A DNA stretch of 64,000 nucleotides from Octopus vulgaris (lineage: Eukaryota): the NCBI GenBank assembly GCA_951406725.2, contig OX597819.1, positions 102,858,001 to 102,922,000 of the forward strand. Reading direction: 5' to 3'. The notes beneath the pieces are model-generated. The model was not told the DNA's origin and made no database searches. It was given only the letters and a program-made list of their open reading frames with translations. Made by a program: the position numbers and the translations under genes. Shown piece after piece: positions 14,473-29,341 of the stretch. How positions within the stretch are numbered: position 1 is the stretch's first letter; the number at the start of each line of letters is the position of its first letter.

Positions 14473-15217
14473 GTGTGCGAGTATGTATGTCTGCGTATCT
14501 GTGGTGCGACGTGTATTCCTCTGTTTATCTTCCCTTCTCTCTCTCTCTTTCACTTTATCTCTCTTTTCTGTCCCCTCTCCCTCTCTCTCTAACTCTCTTT
14601 CTCTCACACCCCTTACTTCTATGCTGCTATCTGTAACGTTCTTTTGCCTTCTTGTTTTTCTCTCTGTGTTTCTCACTTTTCCCTTTCTTACTACTGACAA
14701 ACGACCTGCAGTCTTCGTCTTATCTTCCAGCAAGAAAAGCCGACTGCCCGCGCAAGCGGTCGCATTTTCTCTCGTTTCACAATCTATTCACCTTTTGCTG
14801 CTCTCTGTTAATACTTCAGAATATTCATCCGGCGTTGAATTTTCGCCTCGTATCTGACCCTTAGTTTTTTCGTTTTTTGTTTTTTTTGTTGTTTTTTTTT
14901 TGCTTATTTATTTCAGATCGTTCGTATGCTTTCGTCTCTATCCCATGTCCGTCTACTAATATCTCGTCTTGAATTATATTTATGCCACATTTGTATGTGG
15001 CATAAATATAATTAACTCTCTATATCGCATATGTCACATAGTTGTTTTATTTCTTGTCTGTTCCTTTTCTGTCTTGTTTTTCAACTTGCCAATTCAAGGC
15101 AGCGTTTTGCAGGCGGCGTTTTGTCGTCGACGCCACCAGAAGGTGATTCAATATTATCGTTAAGGCGCGAAATTGCATTTGATCCACGGACTGATAACTG
15201 TTGAAGAGTTGACGATG

Positions 15218-15541
15218 AGTTGGTACTTAATTTATCGACCCCGAAAGGATGAAAGGCAAAGTCGACCTCGGTGGAATTTGAACTCAGAACGTAAAGGCAT
15301 ACGAAATACCTATTTCTTTACTACCTACAAGGGGCTAAACACAGAGAGGGCAAACAAGGGCAGACAAACGGATTAAGTCAATTAGATCGACCCCAGTGCG
15401 TCACTGGTACTTAATTTATTGACCCCGAAAAGATGAAAGGCAAAGTCGACATCGGCGGAATTTGAACTCAGAACGTAACGGCAGACGTAATACAGCTAAG
15501 CATTTCACTCGGCGTGCTAACATTTCTGCCGGCTCGCCGCC
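15218..15541 (-). mobile_element. SINE dimer: full monomer with tail type 1 plus 5'-truncated second monomer
   Basis: Same family as the 11.5-kb copy; the second unit begins at GGTATTTCG directly after the tail AAAGAAATA. Confidence 0.85.
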
Positions 15542-18500
15542 TGTTTCTAATACCTCTAATACCATCACTACTACAAATAACACCACCAGCACCAAAAACA
15601 TCACAACCAGTACCAATTCCCGCCAACACGGGCAGCATCACCGTCACACCAACACTACCATCCCCACCAATACGAACACCACCACATACTACCGATACCA
15701 TCATTACCGACACCATTAGCTTCACTTCCAAAACATCAATACCACTACCAACTACCACTAGTTCTGCTACTCCCCTCAATCACCTCAAGTCGCCCACCAC
15801 CGCCATGACCACCACCGCTACGACCACCGCCGCAGCCGCCGCCGCCACTACCTCCAACACGAGCATTGTTTAATTTATCACGTTACTCTCTTCATTACTG
15901 TTGCTAATGTCTTCTAATTATTCGTTTTAAGCGTGATATATGGTCGGTCTGTGGTGGTGGTGGTGGTGGTGGTGGTGGTAGTAGTGGTAATGGTGGTAGT
16001 AGTGGTAATGGTGGTAGTGATAGTAGTGGTGGTGATGGTAGTGGTGGTGATGGTGGAGGTGGTGATGGTGGAGGTGATGGGGTGGTGGTGGTGGTGGTGA
16101 GTATAGCAAATGTGACGGGGGGACAGTATAGCTGCAGGGATGGTTGTGTAACTGTTGTGGTGGCAGCCGTAGTTGTAGTGCTGCAGATGTAGTGCTGATG
16201 ACAATGTTAATAATAGTATTTGTCATGATAGTGTTGGTGGTGTGAATGGTGGTGCTGTTAGTGGTGAGGCAGTAGTGGTGGTTTTGTATTAATGCTGCCG
16301 GTTTTTGTTAGTGTTTACGGTGGTAGTGGTCGTGGTGGTTTTAGTGTTTGTAGTGGAGTAGCAATGGTAGTGTTATGTCTACTTTTTACTTTTATTCTTT
16401 CAGACATAGAACAACTTCATCTAACATATCTTCACCTCTTTTGGACAATAGAAGGTGACTTGAGGAAGATTTTGCTATTTAGCTGCTATTTCTAACACAT
16501 AAGGGCTCTCTCGAAGCTTCAAGGGAATTTTTTTCTTTCACTTTTTTGTTACTTGTTTCAGGTATTTGACTGCTGCCATGCTGGAGCACCGCCCTTAGTC
16601 GAGCAAATCGACCCCAGGACTTATTCTTTGTAAGCCTAGTTCTTATTCTATCGGACCTTTTGTCGACCCGCTAAGTTACGGGGATGCATATTGTCTTTCA
16701 ACAAGACATACCCTCGATGGAGCAGACCGTTAACTAAAGTCGTTCCGACCATGACCACTTACCCCCGTCCTGATATATTGTATCGTATCCCTTTTTAGTG
16801 CCAATATAGTGTTTCTAGCTAAGCTTTTGGTTTACACAAGATCTAGCTACTGTTACTATTAGTTCCATGATATCTCGAACTCAGTAGTTCTGCATATAGG
16901 CGTTCCAACTATGACTAACCTGTCCTTCCATCCACCATTAAGTTATTTTATTTACATTACGTCATTTAAGGACCTCTCCATTTCTAAATATGTTACGCGT
17001 AATTTGAGGGAGATTTGGCTGCTATTGCTTTATTCCACTGTTGGCTTCTATTGCAATTGTTGTTGTAGTTCTTTTAATAGAGAGCTTATTGTGATACTTG
17101 TGGTTGTAGTCAATGTTGTACAGGTGTTAGTGGTGGTCATGTGTGTGTGTGTGTGAGTGTTTGTGAGTGCGCGTGCTTGCGCTTATAATGGACACTGTCG
17201 TTATTCATTAATTCATTTATTCATCCAACATTATTTAGTAGGATTTTGTGTGTGTTTGTGCGCGCGCACATGCGTGAATATATATCTGTCTTTGTATGTG
17301 CCCGCTTTATGTATATGTACGTGTGTGTATCGAGGCGCAGTAATGGAGTGATTTGTTCAAGCGGTAATTGTTGTTGTTACTGTTCTTGAGGAAGATGGTA
17401 CATTCTTTATTCCTGTCGCCGTTGTGGTCGTTTTTATGTCTCCTGTACTTTATTTTTTCCTTCTTAATATATGTTTCTTTATTTTTTATCTGAACAACCT
17501 AAATTTCAATAATTTATCCAATTAAAAAGACCTTAATATAACTTCTATTTATCTGGAAATGAAAATAGAGGTGAAGTTAATATATTTCTAATTCTTTCAA
17601 AAACTTATCGTATTTCAATTGAATATATTTTATATTAAATGTAGATTTTTAAGTGGACAAACAATTTTAATTTACCATTTTGCCGCCAGTAATGCGGAAT
17701 ATGTCGAATTAATATATAACATTTTTCTCTGAAGCGATTTGTTTGTAATCTCGCCATTATTATTCTGCCTTATTTGACGTAAAATAAATAATGTTTGTGC
17801 TTGTGTATATGTTTATTTTTGCTACTATAAATGTTACGAATTTTTAAGCCAAGGTTATGATGAAAAGTATTCCAACAAAACTATTTTACCATTTTCCCGA
17901 GTACCATGTATATAATTCTATAATGTCCTATGTTGGTATTATTTTTAAAACGTTAAGTTATAATTTCCATAAATATAGCTGCTACATCTAGCAGTTTATG
18001 TATAGCTGCATTTGGTAGTCTTGTAATATAGTATACGGAATTGGTTCGTAATACAGACGATTTTTGTTATGGCTTAGTCAAATTTCTCTGAAAATGACCA
18101 ATATCAGGCTCCCCCAGAAAATTACATATTAGTGAAGATGATGTAGTGTCTATCATTAAAAATATACTAGTGGTAATTCTACCAACTCATTGCGTTCTGA
18201 ATATAAATTATGCTGGAATCAGCTGTGTCTTTCATCCTTCCACTATCGATAAATGAAAGTACCAGCCAAAACTTGAAACCTTTCTTAAGAAAACAACGAA
18301 ACTCACAAAGTTTGTATCCATTTAATTCTACTTTCTTCAATAACATATCGTACAAGTTTCGATATTTAAATAATTTAGATTTTTATCTGGATCAAATACT
18401 TGCAATAGAGACGACATGGAAAAGTTACTAAAAAGTGATTGAGAAACAGATTAGTATCAGAAATATTTAAATAAAAACCCCACAACTATATGAAACATTG

Positions 18501-18696
18501 TGATCGCATTTTGGGGGCAATATTTTAATAAAAAAGCATTCTAAACATTATAAAATCATACAGATAGTATAGTTTAATGTCGACAATGGCAAGCTACAAA
18601 ACTATATTTGTTTGTAGAATAATTTGAGAGTTGTACAACCAAGACGATATTAAACATGAACTGATAAAAAATTTAGTAAATAATTAGTTATTGAAA

Positions 18697-18907
18697 GGTG
18701 GTGAGCTGGCAGAAACATTAGTACGCCGTACGAAATCCTTAGCGGTGTTTCGTCTGTCTTAACGTTTTGAGTTCAAATACCATCGAGGACGACTTTGCCT
18801 TTCAACTTTCCGTGGTTGACAAATTAAGTACCAGTTGCGTACTGGGTCGATCTAATCGATTGCCCCCTCCCCAAAAATTTCGGGCCTTGTGCTTAAAGAA
18901 GAAAAGA
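18697..18907 (+). mobile_element. tRNA-derived SINE, tail type 2, 16-bp TSD
   Basis: Same head and core; tail CCCCAAAAATTTCGGGCCTTGTGCTT. TSD TAAT(T/C)AGTTATTGAAA at 18681-18696 and 18908-18923. Confidence 0.85.
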
Positions 18908-19341
18908 TAATCAGTTATTGAAAAATTAGTAGGTAACTGTGTCATCGGAAGGAATAAAATAAATTTCATTAAATGCATTGAGTTTATACTTCACATACAC
19001 ATGCGCACAGGCACAAACTGGCATACATATCCACATATATGTATATATGCGCAGAAATACGATATATACATATAGCTATATATAAAAATACACACACACG
19101 CAGCACACACACACCACAGACACGCTTATATAGGTTCAGATATAATAAATATATATATATCTAAATGTACTGCAGTTCATTTATTTGGATATCATTTATT
19201 CGTTGCTACTCAGATATTTTGACAATAAGCGATCCTCAGATTTGTGACGTGAGTATCAGGTTCAAATGAATATATATTCTAGTACATGGATTCAGCATTC
19301 TTTCTTCTACTGGTATATTCAACAGCACACGTGCATGTGCA

Positions 19342-19388
<47 letters not shown>

Positions 19389-20146
19389 AAGCGTGTGTAC
19401 ATGCATATGTGTGCTTTTATATGTGATTGCACATAATGACTACCAGGATGGAATTATAAATTTTCGCATTATTTTTGCATTATATGATGTTTTTCATTTG
19501 CTTCCAGATAGTACTCATCGAGCAGTTCGATGATCAAAGCGTTCCACTGATGGCCATCCCATTTTTATTGTATATCCACGATTCCGTTTTCCAATATATC
19601 ATGTATGTGATCCTGAATTGTGATTTCGGTGACTCTCTAAAGCTAATGAGAGCACAGCACAGCAAACCTATCATATGAGAATAATGAAGAGAAAGTTATT
19701 TATATAACTGTATATAACTCGATGAATGTTTGGCTAGTTGGGAAGTTCAATGGCTGGCTGCATGGAGGGGTGGATGGATAGAGGGAGGGATGGTTTTGAC
19801 TAAAATACGAAAAAAAAAAAAAAAAAACATTTTTACTGACACTATCATAAGATTTTTTAAGATCTATTTAATTTTTTTTATAAATATTTTATGAAAATAT
19901 TTTTTGAACTTGCTGATATGTGCAGAAAAGGCAAGACACTCCTGATTTTGGCATCAAGCACCAAGGGGATCTAGGAAATGCTAGCGATAATGTTAAGCAA
20001 AGTCACGATTGCAGAAATCTCCATCGAAAAGAAGTTGTTATGCTCGTGACTATTTACAAGGAATGGGCACGAAATGCAATGGCGACACACCAGAACTGGT
20101 CTTTATCAAATATGGAGACGATTCAGTGAAGGGAAAATAGGCACCG

Positions 20147-20279
<133 letters not shown>

Positions 20280-20489
20280 ATTTATCTATCTATCTATCAA
20301 TCTATCTATCTGTCTGTCTATCTATCTATCTATCTATATATATATATATATATATATATAATCTATTTATCTATCTATCTATCTATCAATCTATCTCTCT
20401 CTCTATCTATCTATATATATATATATATATATATCTATTTATCTATCTATCTATCTATCTATCTATCAATCTATCTATCTGTCTGTCTA

Positions 20490-20525
<36 letters not shown>

Positions 20526-20680
20526 TTTATCTATCTATCTATCTTTCTATTTATCTATCTATCTATCTACCTATTTCTGTCTCTCTCTTTCTTTCCTTAT
20601 ATATATATATAAATATATATATTTACAACACACACATAATCATATATATTTACGTACATACATATATATGTATATATATG

Positions 20681-20719
<39 letters not shown>

Positions 20720-21837
20720 TATCTATGTTTATATGTACAGATTAATGTATATATGTGTATATTATAAGCACATAAAAACACATACATATGCGATATGCGT
20801 GTAATCCAAAGGTACCACATATGTATAGTTATGTTATATTATGGTATATATAGATATATGCAGAGAGAAAGGGAAGGAGAGAAAGAAAGACAGAGAGATG
20901 GGAAAGAGCGGAACACATATGTATGTGCTTCCATGTGTACATGCATATGCATTAGTAACTAGATTGGTAAATTCATAGAGAAACACGTATATTCATAAAT
21001 ATACATGTATACAAAAATGTAAAGCGCACGCGCACACACATTCACTTACACACGCACACACACAAACGTGAAAACAGACTAATACACATATACACACACG
21101 AACACCTTGCCTTTAATAAACATATATAATTCTATATAGCTGTTCACTTTTTTTCTTCTATGTATGTTTGTAGTCACGGGAGGCAATCCAATCGGTAGAA
21201 GAGCCGCAGAAATATTTTCTCGTTATTCAGTCCGTGAATTATATAACTCTGCAAAAGTTATACATTGAGCTTAGAATTGTCTTTCGACACGAAAGTATGT
21301 ATATACATTAATGTGCATGATTATGATGGCTCTTTTGCTGCGCATGCGCCTCATGCTCATAATATTGCAATTGATACCTGGATGGCGTTTCAAGTTTTAT
21401 GATTCTCCATACACGCAAGCATCCACGCTAATTTACACACACACACAGAAGCACACACACACACGCACACACACAAACACATACACACACGCACACATAT
21501 ATATATTCAGAGAGACATACATATATATATATATATGTATGTATATATATATATGTATATACACACAAGCATATATATATACGTGGATACACAAATATAC
21601 ATACATGCATACTTACATACAGGCATACATGTATGCATATACATACATCTACGCATAGAGATATACGTGCATACACAAATATGCATACATATATATACAA
21701 ACGTATATAATACATATATACAGGCGTACATACATACAGACAGACATGTCGACATAAATATATATATACACCCATATATATACGTGCATACAGAAATATA
21801 TATGGATATATATATCGGTGTATATATATAATGCACT

Positions 21838-21878
<41 letters not shown>

Positions 21879-22049
21879 TTAGTGTATGTACACGCGTGCG
21901 CAAATATCTGTGCATGTATCAGGTGCATATGGGCGCACTAATTGACATAACCACACAAATGTGTGAAGGTGTACGACATATACATACTCACATACGCACA
22001 CACATACACGCACATACAGAGGCCCACACACATACACACTTATATATAC

Positions 22050-22091
<42 letters not shown>

Positions 22092-23088
22092 TTTTTTTAT
22101 ATATACTTATGTATGCATTTGTATATATATAAAATATATATATATGCATACATATATGTGTGTGTGTATGTATGTATGAATGCATGTATGGATATATGTA
22201 TATATGCACTAATGTTTACATATATATGTATACAAAATACAAAAATAGACACATTTGCATTCAGTCAACGCATGCCCATGTCTGTAACTGTGTTCAGTTA
22301 GACATACATAAATTCATATATATATATATATATATATCGATGCACGCACTCACATCCACACACATATCTCACACACACATACATGTATAGGTATATTGGT
22401 ACGTGCTTCATTTGACTTCTCCATGCTGCGTTAGTCGAAGTATTTTCTTTGGTATGTGTCTGTCTCCGATTCTTTGCGACCATGTATCTGTGCATTTCGG
22501 TCTGGTTTTTTTGTGTTTGTGTCGCTGTATTCATTTATATTTGGTGTGTGAGAGTATGCGTGAAGTGAGAGAGAGAGAGAGAGAGACGTTCATATTTGCA
22601 CGCTTTGGTTTGTGAAGGTGTGCTGCGTCTGACTAATTTCTAACTTCATTCCATACATGTTTGCAAATATCCACATATGCAAACACAATGTTATACAAAA
22701 GCATATATGTATATACACATATACTTATACGTATATATATTCGTGTGTGTGTGTGTATGTATATATATATGCACACATACATGTATATACATACATATGC
22801 CTATATATTTTTATTGTTATTGTATATTTTATATCTATCTTTATATCTAAACCTAGGAAGCTCTCTGACTATCAATCTTTGTGTCTTTGTTTCTCTCTCT
22901 CTCTCTTTCTATCTATCTATCTATCTCCACACACATATTATATCGATATATAAATATATATATATATGAGCATTACATATACACATACATATATACATAC
23001 ATTTTTATTTGAATATATATCTGTGTGTATATGTGTGTATGTGTGAGTGTGTTCCTGTTTGAATATGTATATATATGCGTATGTTTAT

Positions 23089-23154
<66 letters not shown>

Positions 23155-25248
23155 GTATGTATTTTATGTATGTACGTATATTGCATTAATGTAAGCATAA
23201 ATGCATGTGTGCACGCATGTCAGCTAGTTATCACGACCGCAATATCTCGCAATCGATGGAATTTCTTCGTGTTTTGTTTCAAGTGGAATTTCATTTAAGA
23301 TTCGATCGCAACAAACAACGTATGATTTGCCATAACGAAAAACTAATGTGGAACATGAAAAAAAAAAATGAATCTGACGTTAATTATTCTAGCAACTACT
23401 CTACTCTTTTGCATTGACCTCAATCACTACTGAAGTTTACTTGTCATCACACTACGTTGGTTTTCTGGTATTGTAATATCATTGCTGAGTCATAGCAGTA
23501 TCTAAATACAATCTTATAAGGATTTTTATTGGTAGCTAGTTCTGGTGATACTTGTTCTGGTGTATTTGTTGTTTCCGTTGTTGTAATTTGTTAATTAGTA
23601 ATTAAAAAAAGTTAGATCTATGACTTCTGATACATTGCTTCAGCTATCAGTATCAAATATTCTATTCACTTATTTTCTGGCTAAAACTGTATGTTCTAAT
23701 TTTACTATTCTGTTTGATTATAAGATGATACTCCGCGATTTGATGTATTGCGTGCTACTCTTTCTAGCATAGTTTGCGATAAAACAGCGTGCTGCTGTTT
23801 CTAGCAAATCAAGTGTTCATGCACAGACTACTACAGATGCAGTTACTGTAGTTGTAATAGCTTCTGCAGTCATTTTTCTTTTCATTATTAACCCCATATC
23901 AGTCATGAGAACTATATTGCGGCGTCTGCTTTTATATCAGGAATCGCGTTTTCCAGTGTTTACTCTTTCACAGATAGTCATTTGTGATTTGTGAGAAATT
24001 GTGTTGTGTCTGTAATATGAGACAGGGTCTCGTTCGGTCGATCGTATATGTTTGTTTTGTTGGGCCTGGTAGAACTCGTTTCGGTGGCAGCTACCCTTGA
24101 GACTATTAACTCCTGAGTGCCTACATACGTCTCTTGCAAATCTCGTGTCCACTCTCTTGCAGATAAGTTATTTTGCCTTCCTACATACTTTCTTGCTTGT
24201 TTAATTTTTTAATTTACAGCTTCATTAATTTCTGTTGATCTGTACGTCAAATTAATTTTAATTAGTTTGATTAATCTACATTTGTTGGTCTGCTAAATAG
24301 TTGGATTTTGTTTTGTCTTTGGGTGTTATATATAGTTATCGTTTTGATAGATGACAAACATACATAATATTGAAAGACCATTTCGTTCTGGTTCTCTTTG
24401 TAAACTTGTTAATTCCTGCATTTCTCTATTGATTTCCTTATTGACACTGACATATACTTTTCATGTTTTGGTTATGCTGCCCAGCAGATGTCTCTTTTGA
24501 GTGCGTTTGCCTGTTGCCTGTGCATTTCTACTTTGTCTACCATTGCGGATGCATTTTTTAAAAATAAAATTCACTGTGAAGGCATTTCTGATTGTAACAT
24601 GTTAGGGAAGCGGGTTCTGCCATTTCATATTCTTCATAAACTTTTGTTACAACTAGGAAGTCTGCTTTCAATTTTTCAAGGTTTTTACGATTAGAAGGAA
24701 GAAAATTACAAGTACTAAAACCAAATACTCTTCGTTTTGGTGTAACGTCTTTCACTTTCCATAACGGCATGCATCTTATTGCATACAATTTGATTATATC
24801 TTCAAATTTTGGAATTTATCATTTATCTAGCGAGTTGAGGGATGATTAATTTTTGTATATCTAAATATGTGCTTCGTTATTCAGTTTGTTTATCGACTCG
24901 TGAACGATACTCGGCCTCGAGTGGCAGCATTTTGTTTCTTAATGTTGATAAGGTTAACAGTGAGAGGCAGAGACGAAGTTTCCTTCGTAAAAGACATAAA
25001 GGAATATTGGGCGGAGAGAGCCACTCCAGGAAACGGTTCAACACTGCGAACTGACAAAAGACCGATCAGTCGCAAAATCTTTGTGAATGAAGGCCACCAT
25101 GAAGCAACTTAGCTACGGCGTTTTCCGGAGACAAGTAATCACTAGCCGTCGTGTTGTAGATATTTACACACACACACACAAACACACACACGCACGCACA
25201 AACACATACACACGCACACACAAACACATACACACGCACTCACACACA

Positions 25249-25323
<75 letters not shown>

Positions 25324-25450
25324 TGCTCAGTTGTCAGTAGTGCTAACAAATGCAGTAATGTATATATTAAATACTGCTGCTTCACATATATATGAAGCAG
25401 CAGTATTTAATATATATATATATATTAAGTTAAGTGATAAAGGAATAATT

Positions 25451-25674
25451 TAATTCTTTATTGCCCACAAGGGGCTAAACACAGAGGGGACAAACAAGAA
25501 CAGACAAACGGATTAAGTCGATTATATCGACCCCAGTAACTGGTACTTATTTAATCGACCCCAAAAGGATGAAAGGCAAAGTCGACCTCGGCGGAATTTG
25601 AACTCAGAACGTAGCGGCAGACGAAATACCGCTAAGAATTTCGCCCGGTGTGCTAACGTTTCTGCCAGCTCGCC
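25451..25674 (-). mobile_element. tRNA-derived SINE, tail type 1, 16-bp TSD
   Basis: Minus-strand tail TTTGTCCCCTCTGTGTTTAGCCCCTTGTGGGCAATAAAG. Exact TSD TGATAAAGGAATAATT at 25435-25450 and 25675-25690. Confidence 0.9.
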
Positions 25675-25862
25675 TGATAAAGGAATAATTGATTATCTTA
25701 CGAGCTTCATTATCAAACACCATTATCTGCTATAAGAATTAGTCAACTCATAGTCGAGCGCCTGAATAACACCTTATAGCTTCACCTGACCCTCGAACAT
25801 GAGGTGCATTTTATTTGGGATACAAATCACATTTGTGCATAGTGCATATATATAGTTAAAGG

Positions 25863-25902
<40 letters not shown>

Positions 25903-26688
25903 AGAGAGGTACATACGCATACATGTATGTATTTATGTATCTCTCTGTGTATGTGCGCGTGTGTGTGTGCATGTAGGTATGTCTGTGTGTATGTCTGTGT
26001 GTGTTTGTGTATAAGTATAGCTGTCCGCATGACTTCTAGAAAGCCTATCACCATCATCATAGTCGAAACAAACTATATTAGGTCGTGAAAAAAAAAAAAA
26101 GAAATAGAGACCGAAGTGATATTTGACAGAGCAATACAGAACCAATATCACGAAAAACCACTACACACAACAGCGACGTCACCTCTCACATACCATCATC
26201 CGCACATCCACCTCCACCTGTAACAAACCATATCTGAGAGCTCTTCTCAGCAGGAGACCAAGACAGACGAAAGGAAGAGAACGATTGTGAAAATCATTAA
26301 AACGTTTCTCTCACAGATCCTACAAAACACAAAAACTACGGTAATATGAAAGATGTCTTTTTGAACTTCCGTCCGAGAGCTGTTTCTCTAAACATTGCCC
26401 ACGATAACAGTTTACATTGGGAAACTCGCATGTGCACATGTGTTATATATTATAAATCATCTCAGCTGCCATCACGACCGTTCTCAAGCTGAGCTTTTCT
26501 TCTCTATGGTTGATTGTCCGTATTCTTTGTTATTCCTTATGTAGTCTAACACATGACTTGTGAATATTTCTAAAAATATGTGTGTGTACATATGATAGCC
26601 AGTTTAGAGAAAGATAGATTTATTTTTTCTAAATTAGACGTTTAAGCATATATATAATTTTGCTTATAAGTATATATTTATGCATATT

Positions 26689-26770
<82 letters not shown>

Positions 26771-26857
26771 GTATATATATGCATAAATATATACTTATGT
26801 ACAATATATATATGTGTATGTAGATAGATAGATAGATAGATAGATAAATACATAGAT

Positions 26858-26889
<32 letters not shown>

Positions 26890-28455
26890 GAGCAAACAGG
26901 CAGAAAGATGAAAATGAACATTTCTGTATGATAAATAGTAAGTCGCATATTCACACACATAAACGTGTGTATGTGTGTGCGTGTGTATGTGTGTGTGCAT
27001 GCTCGTGTGTGTGTGCGTGTGTGTATGATTGCGACCGCGTTTGTGTTTGTATGTGCGTGTATGTATGTTCAGATAATTAGGTAGTTATCCAACTAAGTAG
27101 ATGGATGGATATATAACAAATATAATCGATAGATAATATAACAGGCATACAGATGGTCCATTGTATACAGTTTAGTCATAGTTATATACGTCACAGTATC
27201 TGCCATAATAAGTTAGGTGATCAACAGGGTGAAATGGTTACCATATGCCATATGCTAAGTTATGTATCAACAATGCCAGGCATCAGTAAGCAGTCTGTTG
27301 AAACTGAAGACTTCACTTTGTCTTTTATCATTCTTATTTTTTTCTGACACATTTTCTGCTAGATTCAGGTCATATTTCTCCCCCCCACACACACACACGA
27401 AAACACGAAAAAAGATAAAGGAAAAAGAGTGAAAAAATTAAAGAAAGCATCCTCGTAGAAAACACATGAATTTCATACTTAAAGCAAAGCTTTCAAGAAA
27501 ATGCGAAGCATTTTACCCTGTGTTTTGGCGTTTTTTAAAATTTTTGTCTATTTTTTAGTTGCTCAATGAATGGAGCAAGGCCCATGGCGTTTGAATTTTT
27601 GAATAACTTCTTATTTCGGCGAAATCGATGTATTTGATATTCCGTTTAAACAGTTACAAATCGATATCTACAAATAAGAATCCAGAGGAGAAGACTCAAG
27701 AGGGATGGTGTTATGGGGAAGAAAAACTGGAAATAGTGATAAGAGCGGAGCCGTGTCGGGGTTGCAGTCAGCAAAATTGATGATAAGAAGATATGATATT
27801 ACACTCTAACCGACAAATAGTCATATCTGTTGAAAATTTTAAAATTCTCATGTCTGTGTTCTCAAAACAGTGACACCCTGTATGTATATCCTTACTACTC
27901 CGTTTTATCCTTAGTGGCATAAACCATTAAATGATAATATTTCTCATTAACAACAATATTTTAACCAGTCTGTTTAAGTAATAAGTGAGCTCTAGCCCAC
28001 ATTCTCGGACAAAATAAACACAAAGAATCTTAAACGAACTACACTTTTGGCAAATCTGTGACTTATATATATTTACCGCATTTTTCGTCATAAAAGTCGA
28101 AATTTTAAAACGTAAATTTTATGGCAAAAGAGGTAGGTTGACAAATTTAAAGTACTGAAAATTTCTTATAAAATGCAGGGAGGTTTCGAATGACAGTTAT
28201 GATATTTGAATTATTATAGTACAAATTTACACGAAATAAGAGTTCGACATATATGCTAGAAAATACGATAAGAAAATATCTGATTTCAAATCCTGTGTTT
28301 ATACGGAATCAACAACATCGGAAGAAAACAATTTAATAATACACAAATCTATTGAATTTACTTTTCATTTTATTTTCGTGAGTTGTCAAAAATTTCGTCT
28401 CGCAATTGCGAACTGACAATTGCGAGACGAAATGTTAATATCATCACAGATTTCG

Positions 28456-28671
28456 AGGTGGCAAGCTGGCAGAATCGTTAACACAACTGGTAAAATTTAT
28501 AGTGGCATTTTGTCCGTTGTTACATTCTGAGTTCAAATTTCGCCGAGGTCGACTTTGCATGTCATCCTTCCGGGGTTGATAAAATATGTAGCTGTTTAGC
28601 TCTGGGGTCGATGTAACCGACTCGAGCCCCTACCTCGAAACTGTTGGTCTTGTACCAAAATTTGAAACCAA
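28456..28671 (+). mobile_element. Older tRNA-derived SINE, tail type 3
   Basis: Same head and core, more diverged; tail CTGTTGGTCTTGTACCAAAATTTGAAACCA. Confidence 0.8.
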
Positions 28672-29287
28672 TAACAAGACATATTTCATTTTCAGGTCTC
28701 ACATAAAAATATGCTGATTGTATGTTTTAATTAGGATGACATTTATAAAACACAATGAAAAGAATCAAAATGTTCCACCACCAATACATACATATATATG
28801 TATATATATCTTTATATATATAAAACTGAGAATGTGTGTCTGTCTGTCTGTTTCCCTAAAACTTGAGAACTACACAACCAATTTCATTCAAATTTTACAC
28901 ATGCCTTACTTAGGGTCAATGTAGTTTCATGGGCAAAAAGATGTTCAACTACTTGCCTAGAGCGAGCCCATAGCAATATCATATCTTCTCCACTATTGCA
29001 GTATTATGTGTTAAAAGTGAAACAAAAACATTTCTCTATTTTATGTCAGATACTTTCACTTTAACAATAAAAATAATAATAACAATTGAATTATATGTAG
29101 TAAGCAATAATTAAAATCAAGCTAGAGTATAATATAATCGTAACATAACAAAAGTAAAAATATCAATTGGTATAAAATTGCATCAATGACTTGAACTTGA
29201 ATAAGTGGTTTCACATGAATGGGAATAAATCAAAAATAAAATTAGCATGCAGAAATGGAATAGTTCAGATGGATAATAAAAAATTAA

Positions 29288-29341
29288 ATTAAAGAAAAGA
29301 CTATTGTCTATAAAGTATAGAATGTAGAGAAAAAAGGTCGT
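29288..29341 (+). pseudogene. 5' piece of decayed LINE ORF1 'E' (left of the array)
   Basis: IKEKTIVYKV*NVEKK aligns with RTIVYRV / RTIKYKV / RIIYKT of ORF1s A-D and runs on into NMEESTFEKCL at 39792. Confidence 0.55.

Noticed and set aside
23900-25150. Possible decayed retroelement ORF on the minus strand
   Set aside because: Coding-like composition but no motif I can identify with confidence.
26040-26470. Possible host 5' UTR or exon
   Set aside because: Higher-complexity sequence but no convincing ORF or splice pair; needs transcript data.
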